This document shows, piece by piece, positions 32,133 through 46,683 of a DNA stretch of 64,000 bases. Source of the DNA: Bugula neritina (lineage: Eukaryota > Animalia > Bryozoa); the NCBI GenBank assembly GCA_964035545.1, contig OZ037768.1, forward strand, positions 5,736,741-5,800,740, in the 5' to 3' direction. The notes beneath the pieces are model-generated. The model was not told the origin of the DNA and made no database searches. It saw only the letters and a program-made list of their open reading frames with translations. The stretch's first letter is position 1. Each line of letters opens with the position of its first letter. The position numbers and the translations under genes were made by a program.

Positions 32133-35100
32133 TCAACCTGGATCAGTGGTGTGTAGCTCAATTTGACTGGCAGCCAACAGCCCTTCGGCAGCCTCAGTTA
32201 GCTAAAACATACCAATAGCAGTATAAACAACCTTTTGAATTTTCCTTCTTAGAAAATTGCATTACAAAAGCATAAAGTGGAAACGACTTTACAGAGCTTA
32301 CTTATTTGTAGGCGTGTGGAATAATGACAAATGATGGCATTACTTTCAGTTATCAGTTGCTCAAATTTACTAGCAAGTTTTGGATTGTTGAACAAGCCAT
32401 CTTTAGAAACAATTACTATACTTGAAAGTTTCAGTGTGGATACATTATAACTGCCCAGCAGCAACTTACCAGATCAAGGTCAACTGGGTTGTCCGAGACA
32501 TCAGGTATGGATATGGTATGAGTTTCTGAGCTAATTTCTACTTCCCTGGTGATGTCTGAGACACACTCAACCAGATCTTCTTCAGCAACATAACTCCTTG
32601 AACCATTTATATGTCTAAACACAGATGGAAACAACTTTCGTGTGCATTTTCAACATGCTTGTCTTATAAAGAAAACGCATGTTTATTATAAAATATCCAT
32701 CCCTGAGAAAACCACTGATGGTAAATGATTTTTATAGGGGGCTAAGGACTTGTTTCTACTGTGGTACAGAAGCAATTATGCCCCATAACATTACCAACAA
32801 ATTCGGACCATGACCCTGCTATTACTAAACCAGTGCTAAAAACACTAGACCACAACTGCTCCCTATGCTTGTTCTATAATCACTGTTAATTTGCTAAATA
32901 TTATAGACATGTTTGTGCAACGTCTTGAGACACTTTTTCCTACCTAAACGCAATTTGTAAAGACCAAAGAAAAAAAATATACATTTATGAAAAATAAAAA
33001 CAAATTTTAGTAAAACTAAGATCTAATAAATTAAATATAAATAAATATGGGATATATTAATACTTTCTAACTTACTGCACTAATTTTGAGGCATCTCTTG
33101 GCAGAAGTGAATGTTTGTTTTTATAATGAGACAAGATTTGCGGCCGTTGTATACAAGTAAAGCCACAATATGTGCAACTAAACGGCTTGTCAGCACGATG
33201 CCGCCATTCATGACGCTTTAGACACGAACGATCTCCTGTCCTGTAGTCACAGTATTGACACCTGAAACAACACCTATAGCTACAGCATGAAAAATGCATG
33301 ATTGAGAGGCCAATATTATCTTTAGCATGAGTAGAAAAGAGCATGTAATTCAATACGTGATTGTTGCAAAAATTACTTCCAATGCATAGAAAACCAAGAT
33401 TAAAACTAGCAACAGCTTAGAAAATATCAGCTTAAGATATGGCACAAATATACCAGGAAAAGCCTAAATAGAATGTTTATTTGCTAGAATCAAATCAGTT
33501 GTTCATTAAAACGTTTTAGTAGTCAGCAAATTTCCTGCTGTTAGTGGTCCAGCTATCTTACGCCATGTCCTTTATTCCTGCGTGTATCTTGGCATGCACA
33601 TTAATCTTTGCTGGAAACTTTGTTTTATAGTCACAGTGGGCACACTGAAGCCATGGCTTGTTCACATCTAGTTCTGGTCTATTTCTTGTTTTTAATTTTG
33701 TAATTAGAGCCAACCTAAATATTCAACAATACAACTGTATGCTTTCAAGGTCAACCAACATACAAAAACATAGCATCTTCTACATTACGATATAAGCTTG
33801 TATTTTCATTATAATATCAGACACGATGATGAGTAAGGAACATAATTTGAAGCTTTTGTGTACCAAATGTTACATACTATTACTTCCAGAGGAATGAAGT
33901 ATTTAATGATGAATATTATATTACCTATATAAAAACATAGAGCATAGACTTCATACAAAGGCCCGTAGGCTTGCATTAAAATAACTATGCCACAATTGCA
34001 CCATGAATTTTAATTAAAACTTATAGAAATCTGAAACATTATTGCAGTAAGGCAAACTATAGTTGGACTTATAAATGGGAAAAGTAAAATATTCACAAGT
34101 TAATGATGCACTTTTGGTCACCCAAGAATTGAGCTATGAAATATAAGACAAAACTAGCAGCAAGTGCTTCGAATTCAATCTATTATTATAACATGCATCA
34201 CCTTTCTTGAGCTGTGCCCATCTTGTGTTTGAGTATCTTGTGGTCATGGAGATTTCTCTTGTATTTAAAGCTATAGTCACACAGGTCACAGCTAAAGGGG
34301 CGAGCAGAACTGTGGCATATCATGTGTTTCTGCAAATCAAACTCCTTCACAAACCCTTTTTCTGAAAAGATTACAACACAATTTACAATTAATAATGTCA
34401 AAACACAACGAATAGCTGAACTTGGGTGTGCAGGCATATTTGGCAGTTGCAGTGGGTATACCGTATATACATATAATAAATATACAGTATATTATCATTA
34501 GAGCTGCCATATAGTGAAAAGAATTTAATTTAGCTTCAAATTACATCAACTAAGTTATATTTGAGTATAAATGGACATACAGTAGCTGCTGAAATTATAT
34601 GGTAAAGAATTTTAATTTCTTCTGTTGTGCTTTTTCTAATATTTTACCTTTGAGTATACAGTAATATTCAACCAGTAGGAGATACTCACTACAGACACTA
34701 CAGGAGAGGGGAGCTGGTACTTCAGCAGGGTGCTTGTTTACCATGTGAATAAAAAGACCGTACCAGGCCTTTGCCGTCGGCGCCTGTTTCCCACAGAAGC
34801 AACAGATGAGTTTATCTGAACCCTCAACATGACATCTCTTATGAATATTCAGTATAACTTCCTTATCACATTTCCTACACATATTATTATCCAGTGCTGA
34901 GCTGATCATGCGTGACAAATATATACATTGTCAAGAGATTTACAATAAAAGAGTTTAGGTAGCTGATGCTTACGTGTTACAAAGAGCGCAACTAAAAGAT
35001 CGCTTAGACTCAGCCTTCTTAGGTTTTGCTGAAGACTCAAAGAGAAAGGTCCTTTGACGCTTCAACCCATTTTTTGAAAGATAAGCAGAATTATTTATCA

Positions 35101-36567
35101 CTGCAACGTCTAAAACACATATCTTGATATACACATGTAATTTACAAGATTCAATTTAACAGGCACCTCGTGAAGGCACAATAATGCAACACAGGATTGT
35201 ATAAACTATTCAGAAATGAAATACCTTGAGCTGTTCGCTTTAATGTCCGCAGCTTGTGGTCTAACTTTTTAGGATGATTTTCAATTAAATGAAAAGATAC
35301 TTGCTACAAAGATATAAGAATACCAACATGTTTTATAATACGAAAGTGGCGTGTATTAACCAATCAAGAATGTTTTAATCTACATTGTAACAATTATACT
35401 CTACAAACACTAGACCAAGAAGGTTTGTCATGAGCTAGCTGACTGTAACTTGAGTATAGTGTGTTACCAATAATCACAAGAGAGAAGTTTCACATTGCAA
35501 AAGGAGACAGATATTATTAAACTACAAACTAGCAGTACTTGTACCCACCTTAAAGCTTTGGTGTTTGAAGTCACAATATGAACAGTTAAAGAGAAGTGCT
35601 GGCCTAATATGTTTGGGAAACATAGACATCTCTGATGAGGGCATTTTTACCTAAACAAGCAAACACCAGAAAAAGTTAGAAAAAGGATAGAAAAAGTGTC
35701 ATATTCTGGATTATAAAAAATCATTAAGAACAGAATTTAAATATAAATATATTACATAATATTTTAAAATTAAATAGAATTTAAATATATTATATAATAC
35801 TTTAAAATTGAGATCAACATCCACTGTTGGATCCTCACAACCAGAAACATCTCTAGTCTCATTTTCTATGACATTGTTTTCAATTTCGGGCGGTGCTTCA
35901 TCAACAAAAGCGTATTGCAGAGTTTCTGAGGAATGCAACCCTAAAAACATGATTACATACAATATTGAGCAAAGCTAAGCTAGCTCATACACAACACTTT
36001 TGATGTCAACTAAAGTTTGAAAAATATAACTATATTTAAAACACAACTGTCAACCATTTATGGCTGTGTACCTCATTAGCTGCAGTGTTATTGTGCCTGA
36101 TTAACAAGATTTGTCTCTTTTAATTACATGTATTTTTTGTTCACTTTATTTTAACTAAACAATAACGAACAAGACATTTTATAAAAAAAAGTTCCTTATC
36201 TATAAAAAGTTTCCATCTATTTTTTTTTAAAAGAAGGGACCTGCAGATTAATTAATATTAGGAATCAGGCCTTTTTACAAACGCCTAGGTGAGAACCAGT
36301 TATTCCCCAGATGAAGAAGCAGAAGTAAGTGCAGACGATACGACTATTTCTGTGTTATAGGTTCTATTAAAAACAGATACATGTTCTATGACAAAACTTA
36401 CCATTCTCATTGATCTCAACTGGTGATGAAATATCTGCTTGAGAGTTTAAATGTGCATACACCAAATGTTCTCTAAGTGCTCCAATATCTGTCGATGTGA
36501 GGCTACAAATTCCACAGCGATAAAGCCTGTTCATAGTTTCTCCATTTATATCCACTGCATCTGACAT
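32133..36567 (-). CDS. C2H2 zinc-finger protein, paralog B
   Basis: Exons approx. 36567-36402, 35940-35801, 35650-35549, 35303-35225, 35109-34974, 34874-34690, 34361-34202, ~33714-33561, 33262-33076, 32614-32470, 32201-32133. Collinear with paralog A (YRCGICS..LREHLVYAH; EKGFVKEFDLQKH; CQYCDYRTGDRSCLKRHEWRH). Ends LTEAAEGLLAASQIELHTTDPG*. Confidence 0.87.
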
Positions 36568-37049
36568 GCTTTACATGTATGCTACAAAAATCTACATCTT
36601 GTATATGTGGTAAGAAATACAGGCCTTTCAAACCAGATATAAACTTGGCGGCTTTCAGGCATATGAAATGCATTTCAAACTCCTAATTGAATGACAGAAG
36701 ATTTCAAATAGTTGTAGATTTACATGAATGAGTGAACTTTGGTATTGACCATTATGCTTCGAAATTAGGTAGTTTATTGATTAACATTCTAAGTGCCTGG
36801 TAACACAAAAGTGAAATAAAGTTGACACCTCATTCCATTGACTAGCTTAGACACTGGTAAATTGGGAAAAGATAACTCTGCATTAGCTGTCTTTCCATAG
36901 TTAAACGCTATTAATTAGCAGTACACAGGTTCTATAATATACTATTAAAATCAAAGTTATACAATTAATTGAAAATAATTACTGGCACTTTTTATCTATT
37001 TTACTAAACTTTCTCTGGCATTATTGTATGACCGGAGTAATTGCAATGT

Positions 37050-39420
37050 TACTGTTAGGGTAAATTGAGAACAATAATTACCATAATAGTATTGTTCATA
37101 TTGCATTATTACCATTAGTATTACTTTATAATGATACTTATACTTATAACTGTATATTTCAGCATTCATTTTTATTTTATTACTATGACTATGACTATGA
37201 CTATCAGTATGAATATGATAATGATACTCATACTGATGTTGACTATGAGTATGATGTTGACTATCACTATCAGTATGAGTATGACTTAGACTAGGAGTAT
37301 CAGGATAGTATTACTATTGTCTATTACTATTTCTATTAGTATTACTAGTAAGTTAGTATTACTATTACTAATACTAATAGTAATACTAATAGTAACTCAC
37401 CTCGTAAAAATTACAACACTCTGCTAACACCTACAGGCGCAAAATTATGAGTGTAATAGTAATACTAATAGTAATAGTATTACTAACAGTAATACTAATA
37501 GTAATACTAATACTAATAGTAATAGTTATAGTATTAGAATTAGTATTACTATTAAGTATTATTAATGTTATTATTTATTATTAAAATAATTATTATTCTT
37601 GGCAATTGCAATAGTTATACTTATACTTATAGTAGTAGTTATAATATTAATGATACTAAATTTATTTTTAATACTAATAGTAATACAGTCTAATGTAATA
37701 GTAATAGTAATAATGATTTCATACAATAGTTCAATATATGGCTGTCTACGGCTTTTTCTTATTAGACATCAGTCCTTAATTTAAAAATTTCCAGCAAAAT
37801 AGCACTGGGGCGTAAAAATCAGCCCGAAATTCACCTTGTAGCAATTTTCTTTTTTTGTAGAACTTGGACTGCATTAGCCTACACTTCTTGAAAAGTTTAG
37901 CTGGGCTCCATTTTTTAGGTTTGCTCATATGATTGGATGACCCATATAAATTAGCTAAAGTTAAATTGAATTGTTGTACGAAAATTGAATAGATTTGATA
38001 AATCATTGTGAAAAATCAATAAAAATTTGTATATTAGACTAAATAAAATTTTTAGGTTTTCATAAAATAATGTCATAGTTTTTTCCTTTGTGAAACTCAC
38101 TTTATCATCTTTAATAAAGATTATGTATTCCGCAAAATGAAGAAGAAGACCAAGTTTCAAACGTTGAACTGAGTAGATTTTTATTTTTGCATATTCTATT
38201 AGAACTAGGTATATCAGGTTAAATTTGTACGGCATATTTGGTAAAGAATAATAATTCTGAAAATTAGTGTAAATTGGTAATACAATTTAAAAGCAAAATA
38301 CTTTGTTTTTGGCCAAAATGATTTTGGCACCCGCGTAATTTTTTTAGACTGAGCCTGACTTGGCTGCGAGTCGGTTGCGTGGGGCGCGGTATTTCCACCC
38401 AGTTGAAAAACATTTAAAATAAGTTCCTATTTTACACCTTTGCCAATTACATATCATTGATACTAATATATTTATATTAGTGCTTGTAGTTTTAGTAAAA
38501 CTAAAAGTAGATATTAATTTTCTTTGATTGTAAGAATTACTATTAGAATGCTAATTTTAATAAGTATTACTAATACTATTAGTATTAGTATTAGTATTAT
38601 ATTAAATTTTAATAATTTATATTTATACTTTATATTTATATTACTATTAGACTTTCACTTAGTATTACTATTATTATTAGTAATAGTGTTACTATTAGTA
38701 TGGCTATTAGTATTAATAGTACTATTACGATCAGTATTCAACTATTTATCATTATAATTTTTACAGCTATGAGTTAAACTTCATGTTATACTTAATCTTA
38801 TACTTATTGTTAATACTGAGTCTAATACAACTACTAGATGTTGATCAAGTACAAGTGGTAGCCTGAAAGCTTTAAGACTAAGAGTAAGTGTATGCATAAC
38901 CAATGGCAATGCCAATAGGCAATGGTATAGTCATGGTGAATACTAATAGTAATGGTAATACTAATAATAGTAGGGTAAGGCCAAGAGTACATCATTATCA
39001 ATATTTTTATGAATTTGATTTTATGCACCTGTGATGTTACTACTTTACAGTTTAAGATTTATATTGATACCCAATCTCAATCTGTTATTGTTAATATATA
39101 GACTATACTTTAACTGATAGTTTATGAGTTATGCTTATACTTACAGTACCGGTGATACCTATAGTGAATGTCAATGTGATATACAGTATGAATATACTGG
39201 TACTGAGTAATAGTAACTTCACTTTGACATTAAAATAAGTTCATATTTTATATTGATAACTCGCACTGCATCATGCTTAGCTTAACCTAAGCTGTTGTTA
39301 GTGCTATACTTACTTGAACTATGTCCATTGACTAATAAATCTTATTGTTGGTAGATAGTAAAACTATGAGGCTGAGTATTAGTAATAGCAGTGCTAGCAG
39401 TATTAGTTTTACACTTGGTA
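37050..39420. promoter_or_regulatory. Divergent promoter region of ZNF-B / ZNF-C flanked by TA-triplet tracts
   Basis: Head-to-head genes. CpG-rich core ttggctgcgagtcggttgcgtggggcgcggt at ~38360-38390. Minus-strand donor GAG|gtgagt at ~37400. Low-complexity tracts at ~37050-37720 and ~38520-39420. Confidence 0.45.
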
Positions 39421-39659
39421 AACAGAAACATTAATAATAATGTTAATATATTATTATAATCTGCTCTAGATTGTTTATGCTGCTGTCATATGTTAATTTG
39501 CCACTGTTTAAGTTTAATTTTATCATTTACAAAATTTACATGTCATCTAAATTAATCATTCTTTCTACTCATGTTACATCTATAATGTTGCAAGAGTTGT
39601 ACTAACTTTTGGTAACTTTTGAATTTCTTCAATCAAACTGTGTTGCTTTTGTAGAAAAG

Positions 39660-42600
39660 ATGGCTACTGCAACTGATAAAATCTACAAATGTGGCCACTG
39701 TGGGACAACCAACGACTCTCTTGACAGTTTGAAGCAGCATATGCTTGAAGCCCATATGTCAAATCCTCCCAGTCAGCCTAATGCAGCAGCAGGGGACTCT
39801 CTTTCACTGCCTGTGGAAAAGCCTTCCACCAGCTCAGTTGTGAGTGTGCCCAAGCCTGTGCAGCCAACCAATCCCCCTTCTGAGCCGAAACCCGCTGGTA
39901 GATTTAAATGTGGCCATTGTGGTATAATTGTTGCAACTATGGATAAGCTGAAGTCTCACATGCTTACCACACACGTCAATGATCAGACGGGAGAACATGC
40001 TGGTCAGCAAGTAACACCTCCCGTAGCTAAAGGTAACTTCATTACTTTTCTTCTCTTTGCATTTATGTACAGGTTTTTATTATACTGTGCCTATTTTTCT
40101 AATACATGTATTTTGTATATTTCAACTGCAGATCTAGCTATTCTCTCAGTGTAAAGTTTTTTCTAAGAAGAGCTGCATCTATAATCAAAGTATGGATATT
40201 TTTGCCCAAAATAAATAATACTCCATGATCCAGTTTCCATTTTATTTTTTGTAGAAACGCCACCTGGTGGCAAGTCTATGGATGTGAATGATGATATGGA
40301 AGAAGGCGATCTAGGGCATGAAATACAAGCCAATAAAGTCGAATTAAATTTTAGTGTGAGTTTCTATTGTTTAACTAAATAGGTATGTGTTCTCCTAGTA
40401 GTCAGTGAGATAAATTATTTTACATTCATACACTGATAAGTTCCTCATAGGTTTAACACCAAGCCGTTTATCTTTGAGTTGAGTAAATCATAGGAGAGAC
40501 AACTCTTACTTTCAGGCACGAATAATTGTATTGAATACAAGATTCTTTTGCATTCACAAAGTGTGTTTATATTTTTTGCTTCTCAATTCAGGTGATGATC
40601 CCAGATTCTGAGCTGCATATTTTCCCTCGACATGTAGAGCCAGCTTTATATTTCACATGCAAGTACTGCGATTTCAAAAGTAAACAGTACAAGAGTGTGT
40701 CCAATCACGTCGCTGCGTGCCATCCGAAGAAGCTAGCTCCAGCGGTCCGAGCCCAACGGCAAGGTTTGTATGTTATAAGGTGTTGTCTATAGTTCAAAGT
40801 GAAAACATTAGCATGTCTAACTTTATGAGTTGTATACGGTAATTCTATTAACATTTTTATGTCATATTTCTTTTGGGTTTTCAACTTCAGTAATTTTGTT
40901 AGTTGTTCATGTGGGATTTATCCTCTTTGACTGAAAAGGCTGAGTGGCTTAGGTTTATGAAAGGTGATGGTTATTTTCAATCTTATTTTAGAGGAACTCA
41001 AAGGGTTGGACCTTTCTGAGTTAGAAGCTGTTTCGAATGAGAAATATGGCCCTGGAAGAATTCGAACTCGCGTGGTCAAACCTCTGCCATATCCCTGTGG
41101 ATACTGTAACTTGTATGTCTTATTTTGCTTTATTAGCTAGTTTTCTGTACACGCATTGTTGACTATAATAGGTTAATATTTTGGCTAGCTTCTACAGTGC
41201 CATGTATTTAATAGATCATTTGAGACTCAAGTTGATCAGAGTGTCCACCAGCGCTGCCATATTCCTGACAGCAAAGCTATGAGGTGTTGCTTTTGCTCTC
41301 GAGAAGCTCCCGAACATCGGCCCTGGAAGATGTTGTACAGACATATTGTTACAATGCATCCTGGGAATGTCACACCCAAACATCTTTGCAAGTTCTGCGG
41401 TAGGTTGATTTTCATTTTCAGGCCTTTATTTTATATTGAAATGTTTGACTTGTGTGCTATGGTTAGTAAGTTTATTAGAGTAAACTGATAGTCCTAATAG
41501 CAAACTTCACCCACCATATAGTATTAACATAGGGTTATCTTTCTGTTAAATAACTAATTACCCACATATTGATCACTTTTAACTTTAACGTATTTTATAT
41601 ATTAGCTGTCGTAATGACAATGCTGTTGGTGGCAATTTTTTATGCGTCACTGTTCCTGCTACTGACTGCTCATTATGCAATCATGTATAAAGTTGTATCT
41701 GCTATACAGGTGTTGCCTGTATGTTCCCTCATAACCTGAAGATTCACCTCAAAACTGAACATGGTATAGAGGAAGACCCGGCTGACGTTGGTGATGGTGT
41801 GACGTGCGAACACTGTCAGAAGACGTTCAAACACGCCAGCTACCTCAAGTATCACCTTGTAATCCGCCATGGAATTGGTACACCGGAAGAAAAGTGAGCA
41901 AGACTTTTGTGTTTTCCCTATCAACTATTTTAACTCCATTAGCTATTGGAATATTATTGAATTATAGACATTGTTGATTTTAGTAAACATGCTTGTGCTG
42001 TAGAGCGAAGATCACCGCTCAGAGCCAGAGAAAGAAGGAGCAGAAAATAGTAAATAAGCGGCACAAGCCAATGATGACGTGCAAGCTCTGTCCTTACCAG
42101 ACTAATGACCAGTACCGACTCAGAACTCACACTGAAGTCGTTCATCAGGGTGTCAAACGTCATAAGTAGGTGTTAAGGCTTCACTTATTGTAATGTTCAA
42201 TTGAGTTTATTTTCTCTTGCCTTTATTTGTTTCTATTTCTGTAGCATACAATAAACATGCTAGTCCTTCGTGGTGATGAAACTATTAAAGTTTATATTCT
42301 CTTAGCTTTATTTGTTTCCATTTCTTGAGCATGATAGTCCTTCATGGTGATGAAGCTATAGCTTTTGTTTATATTTGCTGTCAAAGTGTGTAGTCTGTAG
42401 TGGGTACAAATGTATGTTGTAGGTGTGGAGTATGCAACACAGCTTTCTCTGATTACTCCACTCTGAGACGTCACATGTGGAGACATAGAGATAGTAAACC
42501 CTACTCCTGTCAGTTCTGTGGCTTCACCTGTATTCAAAGTACCCAAATTAAATCTCACTACAAGAATAAACATGGGATGAGTCCAGCTGATGCTAAGAAA

Positions 42601-43506
42601 CTCATCAGGTGCAGTATAACGCGTAATATCAAATGTTCACTTTTTGCCTCCATGTCCTGATTGGATGGCAGGCTTGTAATTTCAAATTAATGTCAACAGA
42701 CGAATTTTTTGTCTAACTTGTTATATAATAGCTGCTCAAATACATTTGAGGGTAAAACTACCTCTTTCACTCTCTATAGTTTCTCTTATATTTAATATGG
42801 TGATTGAATTGGTGATGGGTACTCGTGCGCCTTAGTTGATGTTTCACCTTTTAGTGTCAATTAATTGCAGACATATCAATGGGCCCCGCCACAGCATCAC
42901 TGGTACTGAGTCTGCGCCCACCACCCAGCAGATCCAGGTTCAGCCAACACATGCTCAGCAAGTGGTCATAGCACAGCAACCTCAGCAGCACCAACAGCAG
43001 CAGCAGCAGGCTACGGTGATACACCCTCAACAGATGGTTCAGGTTCACCAACAGCAGGTGCTGCCTCCACAAGCGCATCAGGTGCACCAGGTGCCTGTCA
43101 GTGGACAGCAACACGGACATAGAACCTATACTGTGTTCAATGATGGCCATGGAATGGAATACACCGACATACAAGCTGTGAGTATACACCTCTTGTCTGT
43201 ATTTTTTACCTTAGCAACTGTAAATTTGTGTGTGTATCATAATTTGTTGCTTATTTGAATTTAAAATTATAGAGCAGTTGATTTGGCGTAAGAAATTTGT
43301 AAGTTGTCAGTCTAAACTGTAGAATATAGAAACACTTGATTTGTAAAAGTAGTTATTTTGACCCCTTGTTGATTCCCAATCATATGTAATACACAAATAA
43401 ATCATACTCTGGCAAGTTTCTCATGTTTGATATTGTTCTATTTCAGCTTGCGGATGCTGCCGAAGGATTACTTGCTGCCGAGCAAATTGTTATTGCCACG
43501 TCTTAA
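39660..43506 (+). CDS. C2H2 zinc-finger protein, paralog C (two N-terminal fingers, Gln-rich C-terminal region)
   Basis: Exons approx. 39660-40032, 40255-40355, 40592-40763, 40992-41112, 41215-41399, 41710-41893, 42004-42165, 42423-42608, 42871-43177, 43447-43506. MATATDKIYKCGHCG..; LRRHMWRHRDSKPYSCQFCGFTCIQSTQIKSHYKNKH. Ends LADAAEGLLAAEQIVIATS*. Confidence 0.9.
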
Positions 43507-45435
43507 ACCATTGGACTTTCATTTGTCACCCAAATGCTTTCAATTTTGCTTTCCAGCCTTGTGTAGTTTTGGTTACCACAATGTTAGTTCACCCTACATA
43601 TTCATGCTGGGTACTAAAATGATGTGATGTAGAAGTGTAAATAATATTTAAGCATTGCTTATGTTGATATATTTAGTATGATCCTCTTGCATACCTCTTC
43701 ATGTACATGATTGTTTCTTTTGTAGTTAGTTGTTTATTTACTATTTCTAATCATTTTACGAATTTGTTAAAAAGCATATGCATGAAATATCACTAGTGTG
43801 TTACGGTTAACAATAGTATGGAATTTTATTATGGGACTGTATTATGCACTTCTTCAATTTTACAAATGTTATGATTTAATGCAGATATACGTTTTGATAT
43901 GGAGGTGTTGAATTTTTAGTGTCTGATAATGCTAGCAAATGAAGTATTACTACAGTAGTGGCAGCCTGTGTAACTTATAATATAACAGCATATTAACCAC
44001 ATACTCGCTAGTGACTTCATTCATTTCACAGTAAATCTTCACAAATTTCTCTCTTTTGCTGCGCTGTAAAATCTTCATCACAGGTTAGGAGAGATAACCC
44101 CAGAACTGGTGTCAGGAATATGTTGCTGAGTAGAAGCTAGCATTGCATAACTCTTGTGTTTAGCTGCCATTGGAAGCTAACTAAAAACTTTCCAATACTG
44201 TATGAAAATGATTGTTTCAAATAATACATTTATGCTGAGAGCTAAAATATTTAGTGGGTCAATTTAAAATCAATGCCCAGTTGATAACATTGGGCCGCAA
44301 TTACTCTGGGAAAAACTAACTTGTTTGCTATAAGGTTTTCTCCATGCCATTGAATTATCACAAAATTATGTAGAAAGTGTAGCATTTAGTTTAATGCTAT
44401 TATGCATAATCGCAGGAAATATGTATTTTAAATTATAATTATCACTGTAGATCAGGCTATCAAAAATACTTGGTGTAATAGGATTCATACAGTAAGGCAG
44501 TTTCTTCAAAGCCTTACCCTATATAGCTGATGTATTCTCAGTTAGCACTTTAGTGCCTGCAGTCAATAGCTTGTCTTTTTGGGCTAACTAATGTAGCTAG
44601 TCAGGTTGTTAAAAATATATATTTTGTGCTACTGTCAATGGAATTATAATGTTTAAATGTATAGTATCATGCTACTTAGCTTTTGGCATTTCTAACATCT
44701 CCAGCCTTTTTTCTTTTGATATTTGGGACGAAATCATTGTTTACTGGTCAACCAATCGTGTAGGTTTTTGCACGTGCCAAAGTTTATATTGCGGAGGGTA
44801 GATTTTTTAGAAGCACTCAGTCTCAGTTGAACCTCAATGTTGAGCTTGGTAGACGCCATATACAAGCCATTTTTTAGAAGTTCCATCATCATTGTTTAAC
44901 CTGAATTACATGTTCTCGAAGTTGTTTAGGTATTGAAATTTTCAAATTTGTTAAGTGAGCTAAAAAATTACAACTTTTCTCTTACAGTCGGTGTAATATT
45001 TTTAATAAACTCAAGCCCGTTTAGTTTTACTAAAAGTAAAAGGAAAACAACCAAGTATCAGTATGAAGTATAAGTATTACTTAAACTATAAGTTTTAGCT
45101 GTAACCAATGCCAATGGGCAATAGCAATAGACTAAGGTATGCTCATAGTAATACTAATAATATTAGTAATATTAATACTATAACTATAAGTATAGCAACC
45201 ACAAGTACAAGTAAGAATGAACAGTTCCAAGTTTTTGTTACAAGTACAACTAGACCTAGTAGTAATACTACTACTACTAGAGCTGGTGAAGTACAAGTAA
45301 TACTAATAGTAACTTACTAACAGTTACTAATATTCAGTTACTAATAGTGATACTAATACAGTAATAGTAATACTAATAGGAATACTGAATAATACTAATA
45401 CTAATAGTAATAGTATTGCTATTAGTATTACTAAT

Positions 45436-45890
45436 ACTACAAGACTAGGCGTAAAACTATAAGTATAAGGCCACGTATCATTACTATTAGTATAAGTATA
45501 ACTATTACTATTAGTTTAAGTAAAACATCAACCCACTGTCAACACTCAACACAAACTTGTTCAAGGTGAGCTTGACAATGACGCTCACTTACAGCTACCA
45601 AATGAGTTAAACGTAAAGCAGTATGAGTATTTGTTAGCGAGTTAAACTTGATGTTACTAATAGTATTAGTAACATCAAGTTTAACTCGCTAACAAATACT
45701 CATACTGCTTTACGTTTAACTCATTTGGTAGCTGTAAGTGAGCGTCATTGTCAAGCTCACCTTGAACAAGTTTGTGTTGAGTGTTGACAGTGGGTTGATG
45801 TTTTACTTAAACTAATAGTAATAGTTATACTTATACTAATAGTAATGATACGTGGCCTTATACTTATAGTTTTATGCCTAGTCTTGTAGT
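45436..45890. repeat. 455-bp near-perfect palindrome (227-bp arms, 1-nt centre at 45663)
   Basis: actacaagactaggcgtaaaac...gatgttactaata-g-tattagtaacatc...gttttatgcctagtcttgtagt; one mismatch seen (45451 vs 45875). Confidence 0.97.
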
Positions 45891-46683
45891 TGCAATTTAA
45901 AGTTAAACATGCACTTAGGCTAATACATACAGGTGCAGTCAGAGTCAATATTTTTGTTGTACTAAGTCCAATGTTTTTATTTTTTAGGCCTAGGTTCATT
46001 ATCATTATTTTTATGATCATGAAATGGATATTCATATTGATATTGCTATTACTGTATTAGGTAGTATTAAGTTGAGCCTCAAACCATATCAGTAGATGGC
46101 TACTCATCAGTATCAGTATGACCTACTGTCCTTTGGCTATGGTTGTTTCTATTACTAATTATTAATAAAAATATTAAAATGTAATCATACAAACTGTCAT
46201 ACGAACTGTTTGAATTATTGTGAGAGATGATGATAATCAGTGCTAGTCAGACTCATGATGATAATCACTTCAAATAATAACCAGTAAACTGCTAAAGTTG
46301 TAAAAACGATTATCCAACAATTGATGGCACATTTAGCTATTCTTTGTAGTGCTATAAACCAAGTTTCAGTAAGTACCTGACTCTCCTCTATGTCGATGAG
46401 TGTTACTATTTGATATGATATATTATATTATACTTTTTTTCTTAAACTTCTTCAAGTAACTTAAATTATTAGTAGGTATGACTATTTGGTCTTTGGTAAA
46501 ATTCTAATCCGCAAAGTTTTAAAAAAGGGAAGTTTTATAACAAACTGATTACAGCTATAGTAGAAAAACTTTTGTTTAATAATATTTCAACTATTGTATG
46601 TTTGATGGCAAAATTAACAATAGGTTGGCTTATCAATAGTCGTGGAAATAGTAAATGGGATAAATTTGATTACAGTTTGGAAG

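Noticed and set aside
37599-39028. Hydrophobic Ile/Leu/Val-rich ORFs (37599-37784, 38524-38757, 38834-39028; also 45108-45320, 45757-46035) resembling membrane peptides
   Set aside because: They are translations of TA-triplet low-complexity DNA with no supporting splice structure.
42216-42375. Degenerate ~75-bp intronic tandem duplication containing GTGATGA (snoRNA C-box-like)
   Set aside because: No matching D box (CTGA) or terminal stem; ordinary local duplication.
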